Shown here: positions 40,485 through 52,490 of the stretch, piece by piece
Numbering within the stretch: the stretch's first letter is position 1
How the letters are laid out: every line of letters begins with the position of its first letter
Position numbers and translations under genes: made by a program
From: Ginglymostoma cirratum
Taxonomy: Eukaryota
Direction of reading: 5' to 3'
NCBI GenBank assembly: GCA_024137785.1
Contig: JAHRHZ010000058.1
Span: 11,577,149 to 11,641,148 of the forward strand
DNA: 64,000 nucleotides
Notes under the pieces: model-generated
Seen by the model: only the letters and a program-made list of their open reading frames with translations
What the model was told of the DNA's origin: nothing
Databases searched by the model: none

Positions 40485-41492
40485 GTGCCTCTATTAAGTT
40501 TTTTACTGCCTCAGTTTGAGAGCAAAATGGTTGTTCCTCTCGTGCCTGGCAGCCAACTGTTCTAGATTTATAAAAGTTGAGTTGTTACATTCCTTGATGA
40601 ACTTTGATCAGCTCAAGTGCTATTTTGTAATATCCTTACTATTAAGGTGCAGTTTACCTTAATCCTTACAAAGTGAATGAAATATTATTATATCACAGAA
40701 GAAGCGACCTTTGAGCTTGATGGGGGGGGAAAAGAAATGTTTTGTCGAAGACAAAGCTAAATCTACACTCTTGTATGTTAGCTGAGAAAAAAAACCTTTT
40801 AAACTTACTTGGAAGATATTTTTTGCACTCGTGTTATAGATGTTCGAAACGACCAGTGAGAAAATGGACCAAATCTTGGTAGGTTCTTCATAGCAAATGT
40901 CAGCATTTGCTGTCGTTATTTTTCTGAAACTGAGCATAATTTCAGGATGTTGGGCATGTTCAGGTTATTCTGAAAATGCTGAAGTCACGATTTCTTACTC
41001 CTTGTTCTGGCACAGGCTGCAAAGTGCATCCAGATCCAGTAACAAAAGCCATGAGACATTCATCTTTCCTACTCCCAAACTGCTGATCCAAACTTCTTAA
41101 AAAGTGACGTCTTGTACTGTCAGATGTGAACTGTTTTTTGATGGTGATTTGATTGGTAAAGTTTGATGAGCAACAGAACTGATACTTAATAACAATTATT
41201 ATGGGAAGCTGTTACAAATTATTTATTTCCTTATTTTGGTTATTGTCTAAAGATTTAATCACAAAAGGCTTTTTCAGATTTTTTAATTCCTACCTTCACA
41301 CTGTGTGGATGTCCAAATTTTCTAATTGCTGGATTTGAAAGTGAATAAAAGGTGAAGGTATTTTGCTGCTTTTAGTCTCCTCATGGAGGCTGAGGAAGAT
41401 TCTCTGAATATACTTCCATGTGGAGGTGATTTCAATCAGGCTCCACACTGGGAATACTCTAGTGATGGCCTGTAGAGTCAGTTGTATTACTA

Positions 41493-41502
41493 NNNNNNNN
41501 NN
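41493..41502. other. Assembly gap (10 N)
   Basis: N run flanked on both sides by the same 21-mer gtagagtcagttgtattacta. Confidence 0.98.
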
Positions 41503-41682
41503 GTAGAGTCAGTTGTATTACTACTGCACAGTGATAGAGGAGAAATTCTTAGCAATGTGAGCACTTGCTGTCCGTTCTCATTCGCGTTCAGTTTCCTTCA
41601 CGACTGACCGCAAACTTCAGTCTGTTCTTTTTGTATTCCGTTTTGATTTGCATTGTTACTCTCTGTTTTGTTCTCTCAGCAG

Positions 41683-41748
41683 TTCATGCACCACCCATAA
41701 ACTCCAGCACAGCTTCAACAATGTCCCCGGTGCCCACTGAAGGCTTAA
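41683..41748 (+). CDS. PTPRC: A-type cassette exon, 66 nt, xHAPPINSSTASTMSPVPTEGL
   Basis: ttctctcagcag|TTCATGCA...GGCTTAA|gtatgc; NAGNAG alternative start at 41680; NSS sequon. Confidence 0.8.
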
Positions 41749-42400
41749 GTATGCTCTTGTCTTGATGTCAGTGTAGCTAACAGCCAAATATGTTCAATGT
41801 ATATATTCAGGCTGACTTTCACTGAATCACATTAGAATATCAGTTTAGTGGAATGATGTTGAGCAGATGAAGTCACTTGGCGCATCATGTCTCTGTCAGC
41901 CCTTTGCTTGTTAAATGGGAGATTACCTTTGGGAAATGCACTTGTGGTGCCACACAGCGTCCACTGTTGTTGATTTTTAACTCAGATTCCAAACATTTAA
42001 GAACAAATACACATTCTGCCTGACTGCTCCATAACAAAAGCCATGCAGTTCTCTGCTGTGTCCTCAATGTTAAGTTTCCTGGAACACGAGAAGAAATTGG
42101 AGAAGCTTGGATTGTTCAAGTTGGAGCAGAGAATTGTAATGGGATCTTCAACAGAGGCGTTCAATAGTGTAAGAGAATTTAATTGGCCTACAGAGCAAAT
42201 ATTTCCAAAGGCACAGGGACACAGCTGATGAAAAATCTATGTTCTCCTTAAAGTAGACCAAAGAAATGCTTGTGGTATTATTTTTGGACAAGTGGTACAA
42301 AGTACATCTTGAGATGCTAGACTTCGTAATTTATTGCTGACGCAATGTTTGTGTTTGTGATTGTTGTGATGCATTCTTAGGCATAGTTTTGCTCTTTCAG

Positions 42401-42472
42401 CCAATCACTCACCACGCACACTCTCCAGCACGGCTCCATCAACAGTGAATATTGCTCATACTGCAGGTTCAA
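42401..42472 (+). CDS. PTPRC: B-type cassette exon, 72 nt, xNHSPRTLSSTAPSTVNIAHTAGS
   Basis: gctctttcag|CCAATCAC...GGTTCAA|gtatgt; only the proximal AG survives (CAGCCA). Confidence 0.8.
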
Positions 42473-43160
42473 GTATGTCCATAAAGATACATTGCCTTCG
42501 TGGTTTGCTATCCAAATATGTTCCACCCTGACAGTCTCGATTTGCCAAATCTCTCCGATCTTGATTGAACGATGTTGGAATAATTGTTCCATAGAATGAA
42601 AGGGCGTAGCCAGATCTATTTGACCCAGTGTGCTTGTACCAGCTGTTAGATGGCATTCAGTGCATCGCTCCACTGGTCTTTCCACACAGCCCTGCTTTCC
42701 CCAAACACAGGCATAACTATGATGCAGCTGGCTTCCTGTGGGTTATTGATTGGTTTCCTTTGTCCGAAATCTAAAGCGATGGGCAGCTGTAAGTTGATAA
42801 AGTTTTATTGACTACGAAGTTAATGTTCCAAGTGGAAATGTGTATTTCGCGTCTGAAGCCACACACAAAATAGGAGCCATATTTCCAATCCCACCTGATC
42901 ACTTGACGACAAATGCAACTGTCAGATCTAATTTTGTTTCGTCTAAAAATTTTTTATGTTGCATCGAGCAATCCCATTTGGGTGACTCATTTAAAATGTG
43001 TGATATCTTCATCTCACATTAGGCTGGGTGACTGAGGGTTTGGGAAAAAAAATCATTTTTTCAGGATGTTCCTATTTTTCTAATAGCTGTCTCAGTGACT
43101 TTGAATGCTTATATGTGTGTTGTGGCAGGCCAGTTATTGATAGTTTCTGTGTTTCAGCAG

Positions 43161-43229
43161 ATCACTCATCACGCACATCCTCCAGCACGGCACCAAAATC
43201 AGTGACTACGACACTCCCAGCAGGTTCAA
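43161..43229 (+). CDS. PTPRC: C-type cassette exon, 69 nt, xHSSRTSSSTAPKSVTTTLPAGS
   Basis: gtttcagcag|ATCACTCA...GGTTCAA|gtatct; alternative donor CAG|gttcaa 6 nt upstream. Confidence 0.75.
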
Positions 43230-44393
43230 GTATCTCCATTAAGATTTTTACTTCCTCAGTTTGAGAGCAAAATGATTGTTCCTTTCATGCCTGGCTGCCA
43301 ATTGTTCTAGTTTTATGAAAATTGAATGGTTTTTCCATTTGTGCTTCTTGTTAAACTTTTATCAACTCAAGTGCTATATTGTGTTGTACTTGCTCTTTAG
43401 GTGTAGTTTTGATTTCTCTTTCCAAAGTGAATGAAATATTTTCTTCCCCAGTAGAAGCAACCTTGGAGTTTGATGGGGGAATAAAAAGCTGTTTTGTCTA
43501 GGACACTCCTCCACGTTAGCTTTGAAGAAACACATTTGTACATACTTGCAAGTTATTTATTGGTCCTCATGTCATAGATTTTGCAAAGGACCGGTGAGAA
43601 AATTGCCCAAATCTTGGGAGGTTCCTGATAGCAAATGTCAGCGTTTGCCATCATTATTTTTCTGAAACTGAGCACAATTTCAGGATGTTGGGCATGTTCA
43701 GCTTATTCTGCAAATGCTGAAGTTATGATTTCTTACTCCTTGTTCTGGCACAGACTGCAAAATGCATCCAGATCCAGCAACACTGAAAGCCATGAGAAAT
43801 TCATCTTTCCTACTCCCAAACTGCTGATCCAAACTTCTTAAAAAGTGACATCTTGTACTGTCAGATGTGAACTGTTTTTTGATGGTGACTTGATTGGTAA
43901 AATTTGATGAGCAACACAGATCTGATACTTAATAACATTATTATGGAAAGCTGTTACAAGTTATTTATTTCCTATGTTAGTTATCATCTAAAGATTTAAT
44001 CGCAAAAGGCTTTTTCAGATTTTTTAATTCCTACCTTCTCTCTGTGTGGATGTCCAAATTTTCTAATTGTTGGATTTGAAAGTGAAAAAAAGGTGAAGGT
44101 ATTTTGCTGCTTTTAGTCTCCTCATGGAGACTGAGGAAGATTCTCTGAATATACTTCCATGTAGAAGGTGATTTCAGTCAGGCTCCACACTGGGAATACT
44201 CTAGTGATGGCCTGTAGAGTCAGTTGTATTACTACTGCACAGTGATAGAGGAGAAATTCTTAGCAATGTGAGCACTTGCTGTCCGTTCTCATTCGCGTTC
44301 AGTTTCCTTCACGACTGACCGCAAACTTCAGTCTGTTCTTTTTGTATTCCGTTTTGATTTGCATTGTTACTCTCTGTTTTGTTCTCTCAGCAG

Positions 44394-44459
44394 TTCATGC
44401 ACCACCCATAAACTCCAGCATGGCTTCAACAATGTCCCCGGTGCCCACTGAAGGCTTAA
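44394..44459 (+). CDS. PTPRC: A-type cassette exon, 66 nt, xHAPPINSSMASTMSPVPTEGL
   Basis: Near-identical copy of 41683-41748, 2711 bp downstream; cagcag / gtatgc. Confidence 0.8.
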
Positions 44460-45115
44460 GTATGCTCTTGTTTTGATGTCAGTGTAGCTAACAGCCAAAT
44501 ATGTTCAGTGTATATATTCGGGCTGACTTTCACTGAATCACATTAGAATATCAGTTTAGTGGAATGATGTAGAGCAGAGGAAGTCACTTGGCCCATCATG
44601 TCTCTGTCAGCGCTTTGCTTGTTAAATGGGAGATTATCTTTGGGAAATGCACTTGTGGTGCCACACAGTGTCCACTGTTGTTGATTTTTAACTCAGATTC
44701 CAAACATTTAAGAACAAATACACATTCTGCCTGACTGCTCCATAACAAAAGCCATGCAGTTCTCTGCTGTGTTCTCAGTGTTAAGTTTCCTGGAACACAA
44801 GGAGAAATTGGAGAAGCTTGGATTGTTCAAGTTGGAGCAGAGAATTGTAATGGGATCTTCAACAGAGGTGTTCAATACTGTAAGGGACTTTATTTGGTCG
44901 AATGAGCAAATGTTTCCAAATGGCACAGGGACACAGCTGAAGAAAAATCTATGTTCTCCTTAATGTAGCCCAGAGAAATGCCTGTAATATGATTTTTGGA
45001 TATTTGATACTAAGCACATCTTGAGATGCTCGACTTCAGAATTTATTGCTGACACAATGTTTGTGTTTGTGATTGTTGTGATGCATTCTTAGGCATAGTT
45101 TTGCTCTTTCAGCAG

Positions 45116-45184
45116 ATCATTCACCACGCACACTCTCCAGCACGGCTCCATCAACAGTGAATATTGCTCATACTGCAGGTTCAA
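45116..45184 (+). CDS. PTPRC: B-type cassette exon, 69 nt, xHSPRTLSSTAPSTVNIAHTAGS
   Basis: ctctttcagcag|ATCATTCA...GGTTCAA|gtatgt. Confidence 0.8.
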
Positions 45185-45869
45185 GTATGTCCATAAAGAT
45201 ACATTGCCTTCGTGGTTTGCTATCCAAATATGTTCCACCCTGAGAGTCTCGATTTGCCAATTCTCTCTGATCTTGATTGAAAGATGTTGGAATAATTGTT
45301 CCATGGAATGAGAGGGCATAGACAGATCTATTTGACCCAGTGTGCTTGTGCCAGCTGTTAGATGGCGTTCAGTGCATCGCTCCACTGGTCTTTCCACACC
45401 TGCTTTCCCCAAACGCAGGCATAACTCTTATGCAGCTGGCTTTCTGTCAGCTTATTGATTGGTTTCCTTTGTCCAAAATCTAAATGTGATGGGCAACTGT
45501 AAGTTGATAAAATTTTATTGACTACGAAGTTAATGCTCCAAGTGGAAATTTGTATTTCAAGTCTGAAAGCACACGCAAAATAGGAGCTTGAATTCCAATC
45601 GCACCTGATTGCGTGACGACAAATGCAATTGTCAGATTTAATTTTATTCTGTCGAAACAATTTTTATGTTGCATCGAGCAATCTAATTTGGGTCACCCTT
45701 TTAAACTGTGTGATGCCGTCATCTCACATTAGGCTGGGTGACTGAGTTGTGGAATAAATTGTCATTTTTGCAGGATGTTCTTATTTTTCTAATAGCTGTC
45801 TCAGTGACTTTGAATGCTTATATGTGTGTTGTGGCAGGCCAGTTATTGATAGTTTCTGTCTTCCAGCAG

Positions 45870-45938
45870 ATCACTCATCACACACATCCCCCAGCACGGC
45901 ACCAAAATCAGTGACTACTACATTCCCAGCAGGTTCAA
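45870..45938 (+). CDS. PTPRC: C-type cassette exon, 69 nt, xHSSHTSPSTAPKSVTTTFPAGS
   Basis: gtcttccagcag|ATCACTCA...GGTTCAA|gtatct. Confidence 0.75.
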
Positions 45939-46096
45939 GTATCTCCATTAAGATTTTTACTTCCTGAGTTTGAGACCAAAATGGTTGTTCCTCTCATGCT
46001 TGCCTGCCAACTGTTTTAGGTTTATGCAACTTGAATGGTTTCATCCATATTTTTTTCCTTGATGTATTCTTAGGCACATTTTTTCTCTTTCAGCAG

Positions 46097-46165
46097 ATCA
46101 TTCACCACGCACACTCTCCAGCATGGCACCATCAACAGCTCATACTGCTCATACTGCAGGTTCAT
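46097..46165 (+). CDS. PTPRC: B-type cassette exon, 69 nt, xHSPRTLSSMAPSTAHTAHTAGS
   Basis: ttttctctttcagcag|ATCATTCA...GGTTCAT|gtatgt; only 158 nt after the previous exon. Confidence 0.78.
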
Positions 46166-46853
46166 GTATGTCCATAAAGATACATCGCCCTCATAGTTTT
46201 CTATCCAAATGGGTTCCACCCTGAGAGTCTCTACTTGCTAATTCTCTCTGATCTTGTTTGAATGACGTTAGAATCATTATTTGGTGGAATGAGAGGGGAC
46301 AGGCAGATTTATTTGACCCAACGTGCTTGTGCTAGCTGTTAGATGGTGTTCAATGCATCGCTCCACTGGTCTTTCCACACAGCCCTGCTTTCCCCAAACG
46401 CAGGCATAACTATTATGCAGCTGGCTTTCTGTCAGCTTATTGATTGGTTTCCTTTGTCCGAAATCTAAAGCGATGGGCAACTGTAAGTTGATAAAGTTTT
46501 ATTGACTAAGAAGTTAATGCTTCAAGTGGAAATTTGTATTTCAAGTCTGAAAGCACACACAAAATAGGAGCTTGAATTCCAATCGCACCTGATCTCGTGA
46601 CGACAAATGCAACTGTCAGATTTAATTTTATTCTGTCTAAAAAATTCTTGTGTTGCATCGAGCAATCCCATTTGCGTCACTCTTTTAAAATGTGTGATAT
46701 CTTCATCTCACATCAAGCTGGGTGTCCGAGTGTTGTGAAAAAAAATCATTTTTGTATGATGTTCCTGTTTTTCTAATAGCTTTCTCAGTGACTTTGAATA
46801 CTTATATGTGTGTTGTGGCAGGCCAGTTATTCATAGTTTCTGTCTTCCTGCAG

Positions 46854-46922
46854 ATCACCCATCTCTCACATCGTCCAGCACGGCTCCAAAATCAGTGACT
46901 ACTACATTCCCAGAAGGTTTAA
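46854..46922 (+). CDS. PTPRC: C-type cassette exon, 69 nt, xHPSLTSSSTAPKSVTTTFPEGL
   Basis: tcttcctgcag|ATCACCCA...GGTTTAA|gtacct; donor weak, alternative AAG|gtttaa. Confidence 0.7.
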
Positions 46923-48068
46923 GTACCTCCATTAAGATTTGTCCTTCCTCAGTTTGAGAGCAAAATGGTTTTTCCTTTCATGCCTGGCTGCCAACCATTC
47001 TAGATTTGTGAAAATTGAATGTTTTCACCCCTCTGTCTTTCTTGCCGAATTTTTATTCACTCATATGTTCTTTTACAACTTCCTTTCACTTTGCTATGGA
47101 TTGCATTCCTCTTTACATATGAATAAAATATCTTCTGGTCACTATAACTGGCAATATTGGAGGTTGTAAGGGTAAATGGCCAGTTTTTTCCAATGCAATG
47201 CTAAATCTATGTTAGCTTAGAAAAATAACTACTTACTTCCAAGATGTTTATTGATCCTCATGATATAGACTTTGTAAATTACCAGTAATGGATTGAATCA
47301 AATCTTGAAAAATTCTTGATAGCACATGTCAGCATTTGCCATCATTGTCCTGAAACTGAGCATGATTTCATGATGCTGAGCATCTGTCAGTTTGGCCATC
47401 TTGAGGGAGATCTCTTTCACTCCTTGCTCTGACTCAGGTTGCAAAGTGGATTCGGAGCTGGTATGACTGAAATCCAGCAGAAATGCAACTTTCTTCCTCG
47501 CAAATCACTATTCAAAACCTCAGATGAAATGACATCTTGCACTGTCAGATGTGATTGGTTTCTTTGACTGTGATACGATTGGTAAAATTGATGAATGACC
47601 AATTTGACTTGAAATGTGTTTCATAATTATGGAAAGCTGATAATAATGTATTATTTTCTTATTTTGAAAGCCATGGTTTTAATAATTTATCACAAAAGAC
47701 TCTTTGAGAATTTTTCGCTTTTATCTTCACTCCAAGTGAATGTTCAAAACTTTTTCAGTGCTGGATGAGAAAGTTGACAAAAAAAATGTTCTTTTGCATT
47801 TTTTTAGTTTCTTCATGTGGGGCGTTGATCTCTCTGAAAATGTAATAGATGATTTCAATCCAGCTCCTCACTGAGAATACTCCAGTGACTGTCTCTATAG
47901 TCAGTTGTGTTGCGTAGTGATAGAGGAGAAATTCTTACCCAGGGGAGTGCTTGCTGTCTGATCTCGACTGCAATCAGTTTCCTTCACCACTGACTGCAAA
48001 CTTCTGTCAGTTCTTTTTGTATTCATTTGTGATTTGCATTGTTACTCTACGTTTTGTTCTTTCAGTAG

Positions 48069-48137
48069 TTCACGCACCACTCATAAACTCCAGCATGGCT
48101 CCAACAGCAATGACTACGGCACCCACTGAAGGCTTAA
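48069..48137 (+). CDS. PTPRC: A-type cassette exon, 69 nt, xHAPLINSSMAPTAMTTAPTEGL
   Basis: ttctttcagtag|TTCACGCA...GGCTTAA|gtatgc; CAGTAG tandem acceptor. Confidence 0.78.
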
Positions 48138-48661
48138 GTATGCTGTTTATTTCGATGTCAGTGTAGCTACCAGCCTAATATCTTCAATATATAAATTCAG
48201 GCTGACTTTCACTGAATCACATTAGAATGTTTGTTTTATGGAATGATGTAGAGTAGAGGAGGTCACTTGGCCCATCATGTCTCTGTCAGCCCTGTAGTCA
48301 ATTAAGAGATCACTATTGAAGAATATCTCTTGCTCATATACTGTCTGAAATTATGTTACCGCACAATAATAGGAGCAGTAATTCCAATCCCACCTGATCT
48401 CTTTGACAAAAAAAAATGTAACTGATGGAACCAGTTTTGTTGTTTAGATATGTTTTATGCTGTACTGAGTAGTCCTGTCTGGGTCACTCTTTCCAAAATG
48501 AGAGAAATGCCCTCCTTTCTCCAAGCAACAATGGCAGAGTGTTCAGCCAAATTGCTAATATTTGCAGGATGTAGCTTTGTTGCTCATAGCAAACCCAGCC
48601 TCTTCAAATTCTTATATGTGTGTTGTCAGCAAGTTTATTGATAATTTCTGTCTTTCAACAG

Positions 48662-48730
48662 ATCACACATCACTCACACCCTCCAGCACGGCTCCAACAT
48701 CAGTGACTACTGCACACCCCACAGGTTCAA
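48662..48730 (+). CDS. PTPRC: C-like cassette exon, 69 nt, xHTSLTPSSTAPTSVTTAHPTGS
   Basis: tctttcaacag|ATCACACA...GGTTCAA|gtacct; alternative CAG|gttcaa. Confidence 0.72.
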
Positions 48731-48945
48731 GTACCTCCATAAAGACTTTTTACTTCCTCAGTTTGAGAGCAAAACGGTTGGTCGGGTCAGGTCTCGCTGC
48801 CAGCTGTTGCAGATTTATGAAAATTGAATGTTTTCATCCCTCTGTCTTCCTTGGTGGACTTTTACCAGCTCAAGTATACTTTTACAACTTCCTTGCTGTA
48901 GTTTCAATTTCTCTTTACAAAGTGAATGAAGTATTTTCCTCCCTA

Positions 48946-49790
48946 TAGAGTCATACAGCATGGAAACAGACCCTTCAGTCTATCACATCTGCGACAACCT
49001 AATCTGATCTACTCCTATTTGCCAGCATTTGGCCCTCTAAACCCTTCCTATTCACACACCCACCCAGATACCTTTTAAATGTTGTAATTATAACCCTCTC
49101 CATCACATTCTTAGGCAGTTCATTCCAGACATGCACCACCCTCTGCGTGAAAAAGTTATCCATCAGGTCCTTTTTAAATCTTTCCCCTGTCACCTTAAAC
49201 CTATAACCTCTAGTTTTGGACTCCCCCATCCCTTGGCTATTCACCTTACCCATGCCCCTCATGATTTTGTAAATCTCTGAGGTCACCCCTCAGCCTCTGA
49301 CGCTCCAGAGAAAAAAGCCCCAGCCTATTTGGCCTCTCTCTGTAGCTCAAACCCTCCAGTCCCACTAACAAGCTTGCGAATCTTTTTTGCACCTTGTCTG
49401 GTTTAACAGCTTTCTTCCTATAGGAGGGCGACCAGCATTGCATGTAGTATTCCAAAATTCACCTCACCATTGTCCTGTACAGCTGCAACATGACATCCCA
49501 GCTCCTAAACTCAATGTTATGACCAATAAAGGCAAGCATGCCAAATGCCATCTTCACCATCCTGCCTACCAGTGACTTCACTTTCAAGGAACTATGCACC
49601 CATATCCCTCGGTCTCTTTGTTCAGCAACACTACACAGGGCTCTACCATTTACTGTATAAGTTCTGCCCTAGTTTGCCTTACCAAAATGCAATGCCTCAC
49701 ATTTACCTAAATTAAACTCCATCTACTGCTCCTTGCCTATTGGCTCCTCTGATCAATGTCTTTTTGTACTCCGAGACAATCTTCTTCATT
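48946..49790 (-). mobile_element. CR1 LINE 3' portion inserted in one duplication unit
   Basis: ORFs WSPSYRK...LGLFSLERQRLRGDL and YKIMRG...FFTQRVVHVWNELP; absent from paralogous units. Confidence 0.9.
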
Positions 49791-50370
49791 GTCTGCCATA
49801 ACAAGCAACATTGGAACTTGATGGGGTAAAAGACTGGGTTTTTTTCCAGTACAAAGTTAAATCTACATTTTTCTACTTCAGTTGAGAAAAAAAACATCAG
49901 TTCCTGCTTCAAAATGTTTATTTGCCTTCACATTGTAATCTTTGTAAATGACTGGTAATAAAATCAGTTAAATACTTAATCTTAAAAGACTCTTACAGAA
50001 TTTTTAGTTTTTTCCTTCATCCCATGGGAATGTCTTATTTTTTAAGTGCTGGAAGTGAAAGTTTAGGGGTAAAAAGGCTATTTTGCTGCTTGTAGTTTCC
50101 TCTTTTTGCGGTTTGACCTTTCTGAAAATACTTTCATGTCATTGATGATTTCAGTCCAGCTCCACACTGGGAATACTCCAGTGATGGCCTGTACAGTCAG
50201 TTGTATTACTACTGCACAGTGATCGAGGAGAAATTCTTACCAATGTGAGCACTTGCTGTCTGATCTCAACCATGATCAGTTTCCTTCGGCACTGACTGCA
50301 AACTTCAGCACGTTCTTTTTGTATTCAGTTGTGATTTGCATTGTTACCCTCTGTTTTGTTCTCTTGGCAG

Positions 50371-50439
50371 TTCACACACCACCCATAAACTCCAGCACGG
50401 CTCCAACAGCAATGACTACAGCACCCAGTGAAGGCTTAA
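50371..50439 (+). CDS. PTPRC: A-type cassette exon, 69 nt, xHTPPINSSTAPTAMTTAPSEGL
   Basis: ttctcttggcag|TTCACACA...GGCTTAA|gtatgc. Confidence 0.78.
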
Positions 50440-51090
50440 GTATGCTCTTGTTTTGATGTCAGCATAGTTACCAGCCTAAGACCTTCAATGTATAAATTCA
50501 GGCTGACTTTCACTGAACCACATTAGAATGTTTGTTTTATGGAGCAGAGGAGGTCACTTGGCCCATCATGTCTCTGTCAGCCCTTTGTTCAGTCAGTCGT
50601 AAATTAGAAGATCACTACTGAGGAATACACTCCTGGTCATATACAGCATTTACTCAGGATGATTTATCTCTTAGATTTGAAACATTTAAAAACTAATGCA
50701 CATTCTGTTTGACTGACCTATTCCAAAAGCCATTCAATTCTCTGGTGTCTCCTCAATGTTGACATTCCTTGAAGAGCAAGTGGATAGATTGGAGAAGTTT
50801 GAATTGTTCTAGCTGGAGCAGAGGAATGCAAAGATCTTTAACAGAGGTGTTTAATGGTGTATGGGAATTTAACTGACCAAATGAGCAAATGGTCCAAGAG
50901 GTGCAAGGACAAATGAAGATAAATCCTCTTTTTCCTTAAAGTAGCCCGGAGAAATGCCTATGATGTTATTTTTGGATAAGTGATACAAAGCATATCTTCA
51001 TATTCTAGTCTTCGTAAGTTACTATTGGGAAAATGTTTACATTTGCAATTGTTCAGTATATTCTTACCTTTGGTTTTGCTCTCTCAGCAG

Positions 51091-51159
51091 ATCACCCATT
51101 ACTCACACACTCTAGCACAGCTCCATCAGCAGTGACTACCATACATGCTGCAGGTTCAA
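51091..51159 (+). CDS. PTPRC: B-like cassette exon, 69 nt, xHPLLTHSSTAPSAVTTIHAAGS
   Basis: ctctctcagcag|ATCACCCA...GGTTCAA|gtatga. Confidence 0.78.
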
Positions 51160-52421
51160 GTATGACAATAAACACCACTTAATGCTTTATTGTTGTGTTG
51201 GAATAGTATCATCCCAATAGCTGATAAGTAACTCCGACCCTGATAGTTTGAGACTAAGTAGTTTTCTTTTCCCTTTGTCTTTGCCAATGAACTTTTTAAA
51301 TCCTCAAACCTTTAAAACACCCATGTTTTTCTGATTCAGTTTAGGTTCTTCATTTGTCAAATCAAATAAAATAACACCATGTTGCGCCAAAATGCAGGAT
51401 GCATTTTCACTTCCTTTATATGTCTAGTGGACTTCTGATTAATCGCTGACACCAGATTCTGGTGCAGTAAAACATTACCTTCAAGAATTCTACAGATGCA
51501 GAACTCATCTTAACGCTATTATCTTCGTTAATGTCAATGAATGCATGGACTGGATTGTGCTAGACAAATACTGATTGTCCCGCCATGGATTACACTTTTG
51601 CAGGTCAAAAGTGATAGTGAACTCTAATAATTCCATATTTTTCTTTAACTACATAAATCCCACAGTTCCACAATCCTACATAAAACCCCTTTGTGCCACA
51701 GGCTATGTTATTGCAGTCTCTTCTGATCTACAAAGTGAATGACGCATCTTCTGAACCTTCATAATAGTTGGGATTGTGGAATGTTGGGAAAGCAAATTGA
51801 TTTATCCAGCAAAAAGTGAAAAACTAGTCTTCATCATTGTTCTGCCATGAATATAGGATAACTATCCAGTATGAAACACAGTGCAAACCAATAAAATTAG
51901 ACCCCTTCTAAATCAGCAGTAAATGTGTTTTTATTGGCATAGTAGATCATAATTTCTGTTGACTAACTGCTTTGGCCCTTGACATTAATTCGTCTTTTTT
52001 TCACATTTTTCTCTCTTGCATCTTTCCCTTAAGCCCAAAGAAAAGATCTAATAATTTAATTTCCAATACAACAATTAAAATACATTTATTAAGTAAAAGT
52101 AACTACAGTGAAAGGTATTTACTGCTTTTTAACTTGCTGCTTTGCTGTCTGTGAAAATTCATCAATCTGATTATTTGAGTAGCTTCTCTGTGCTGCTTTC
52201 TTTACTGATTGATGGCTCAGCTTTTGTGAGAATCTAAATTCAAACAACTGCCAAAAGACCAGAAATGTCCTCTGACAAGTGTGCTCAAAGGTTCTGCGCA
52301 ATTGTCTAGGTGGTGAACTGAAATAGCTTTCAGGTCGTTGCCCTCAGTAAAATCCTGGCAATAATATTTGTAGATGTGTTTGCGTCATGCATTGGTACTC
52401 ACCATTTTGGTCTTCCAGCAG

Positions 52422-52490
52422 ATCACTCATCACTCACAACCTCCAGCACTGCTCCATCAACAGTGAATACTACACACGCAGCAGGTTCAA
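52422..52490 (+). CDS. PTPRC: D-type cassette exon, 69 nt, xHSSLTTSSTAPSTVNTTHAAGS
   Basis: tcttccagcag|ATCACTCA...GGTTCAA|gtatgt; NTT sequon. Confidence 0.8.

Larger units (their letters stand above)
40300..51250. repeat. Segmental tandem duplications of exon+intron units
   Basis: A, B and C exons recur at +2711, about +2712 and +2709 bp with highly similar introns; the B-C pair recurs at about +0.98 kb; more diverged copies continue to about 51.2 kb. Confidence 0.9.

Noticed and set aside
40897-45660. Repeated ORF-track ORFs (MSAFA..., MLSVLIRV..., MERPVERC..., MQFSAV...)
   Set aside because: These are read-throughs of duplicated intron sequence or antisense to the real exons; only the embedded 66-72 nt segments are supported
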